DNA from: Lama glama
Lineage: Eukaryota
Direction of reading: 5' to 3'
Assembly (NCBI GenBank): GCA_028534125.1
Contig: CM052816.1
Span: 18,912,001-18,976,000 of the forward strand
DNA: 64,000 nt
The notes beneath the pieces are model-generated. The model made no database searches and had not been told where the DNA came from. It was given only the letters and a program-made list of their open reading frames with translations. Positions 62,760 through 64,000 of this stretch are shown here, one piece after another; position 1 is the first letter of the stretch; each line of letters starts with the position of its first letter. The position numbers and the translations under genes were made by a program.

Positions 62760-63990
62760 CTCTTTTTGCCTAAGTCTGTCTCTTTATCTGTAAATGGGTG
62801 ATAATGATAGTACCTACTTATGCCATAGGATTTTCCAAGTTTCAATGAGAAATAGTCACATAAAGAGCTAAAACACATGCCTGGCTCATTAAAAGAGCTT
62901 GATAAATGTTCGCTATTGACTGATTTAGCTGCAAGCCAATTACCCTTTGTAATGAGATGATCTTTCCTTGGTCACCAGATGGTCCCTATGGTGCTTGAAG
63001 TCTGTAGGCCTTAGATACAAACCTTACTAGTGTAACTTGAATCTAATGCAGCAATATGATTTTGGGGCCAATGCTATACTTCAAATATGAAACTGTGATT
63101 AGAGGACTTAGAAAGGATATTAAATTATACCTGGTGATGGTCTGGTTGAAGCCCAGACAAACCTCACTGCCCTGAAGAACGCTTCATATTAAGCATAAGT
63201 ACATGACTATAGTGCCTTCCAGTTTACAAAGCAATTTCACATCCATCATCTGATATTAGCCTCACAATGTCCACTGAAGTAGAAGGGATTATTGTATCTA
63301 TAGCACAGATGAGGCAAGGGGCTCGGAGGTTAAGTGGCTCACCCGAGGTCACAGGGTTAATGAGAGGAGAACGTGGGGCTCAGAGACGCATCTGGTTCCA
63401 GGCCCATTTCTTTTTCCCAGATACTCTTGTGCTTCTCCAGGCTTGCCTCATGTGACCCAGGACACACCTCCACAGTCAGAGGTACGTTTACATTATGATT
63501 TGCAATCAAGCAAAAGATTAATAATGATGAATATATGATTAGGTTCAACCATATAACACTGCTAATGTCTGGACTACAGAAATGGCAGTTTCATGTGGTT
63601 CAACTTCGTAACTAACACTTACTTGATTACTTACCACAGGTTAGGCACTAAACCAAGCATTTTACAATTGCATTGGCTTATCTTATCACAGGAACTCTAT
63701 TATCTCCATTTTAGAGAAGAGGAATCTGAGGCCAGGGCTGCAAAACCAGTAAGTGATGAGGGTAGGACTTAAATCCAGGCATCTAAGTCCAGAGCACAAG
63801 CACTTAACCACTGTACTGCCCTACCATCTATTTCTCCAGCAGGAAGATATGAACTCCTAATGACAGAAACGATGTCTTATTCAACTGCACAGGACTACAT
63901 GCAACACCTGATATTCACTCATTCATTCATTTATTCATTCATTCAACAAATTTGAGAGCCTACTAGGATTCTTGTTGTGAGACAATTCTC
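62760..63990. mobile_element. Cluster of MIR fragments and an L2 tail
   Basis: ATCTGTAAATGGGTGATAATGATAGTACCTAC; CAGATGAGGCAAGGGGCTCGGAGGTTAAG; CATTTTAGAGAAGAGGAATCTGAGG; (CATT)n. Confidence 0.65.
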
Positions 63991-64000
63991 CATGAGCCTT

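Noticed and set aside
1..64000. CRISPR arrays, operons, tRNA/rRNA genes or a novel multi-gene system
   Set aside because: The sequence is mammalian with spliceosomal introns. I saw no regularly spaced repeat-spacer array, no structured RNA gene and no unexplained coding cluster.

Overview
Mammalian genomic DNA containing the conserved CXCL14-NEUROG1 block (human 5q31 synteny), both genes on the + strand. CXCL14 has four coding exons (11607-18382) giving an intact 99-aa precursor. NEUROG1 is a single-exon ORF (52521-53282, 253 aa). There are three CpG islands (CXCL14 promoter, an orphan island about 8 kb upstream of NEUROG1, and NEUROG1 itself). The rest is intergenic or intronic DNA with ancient repeats (MIR, L2, L1M, MaLR/ERVL LTRs, hAT and Tigger MITEs), one ERV1-type solo LTR and one younger cetartiodactyl-type L1 3' end. 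I saw no ruminant, pig, carnivore, rodent or primate SINEs, so a camelid is my tentative guess. I found no evidence for a new multi-gene system. The most unusual items are a perfect in-frame (ACCAGC)5 coding repeat that adds a Thr-Ser tract to NEUROG1, a pure (CG)8 tract in the upstream island, two co-oriented CTCF motifs between the genes, several candidate neural enhancer blocks, and loss of the upstream ATG of the human 111-aa CXCL14 form. Repeat family names and boundaries were recognised by eye and are approximate.
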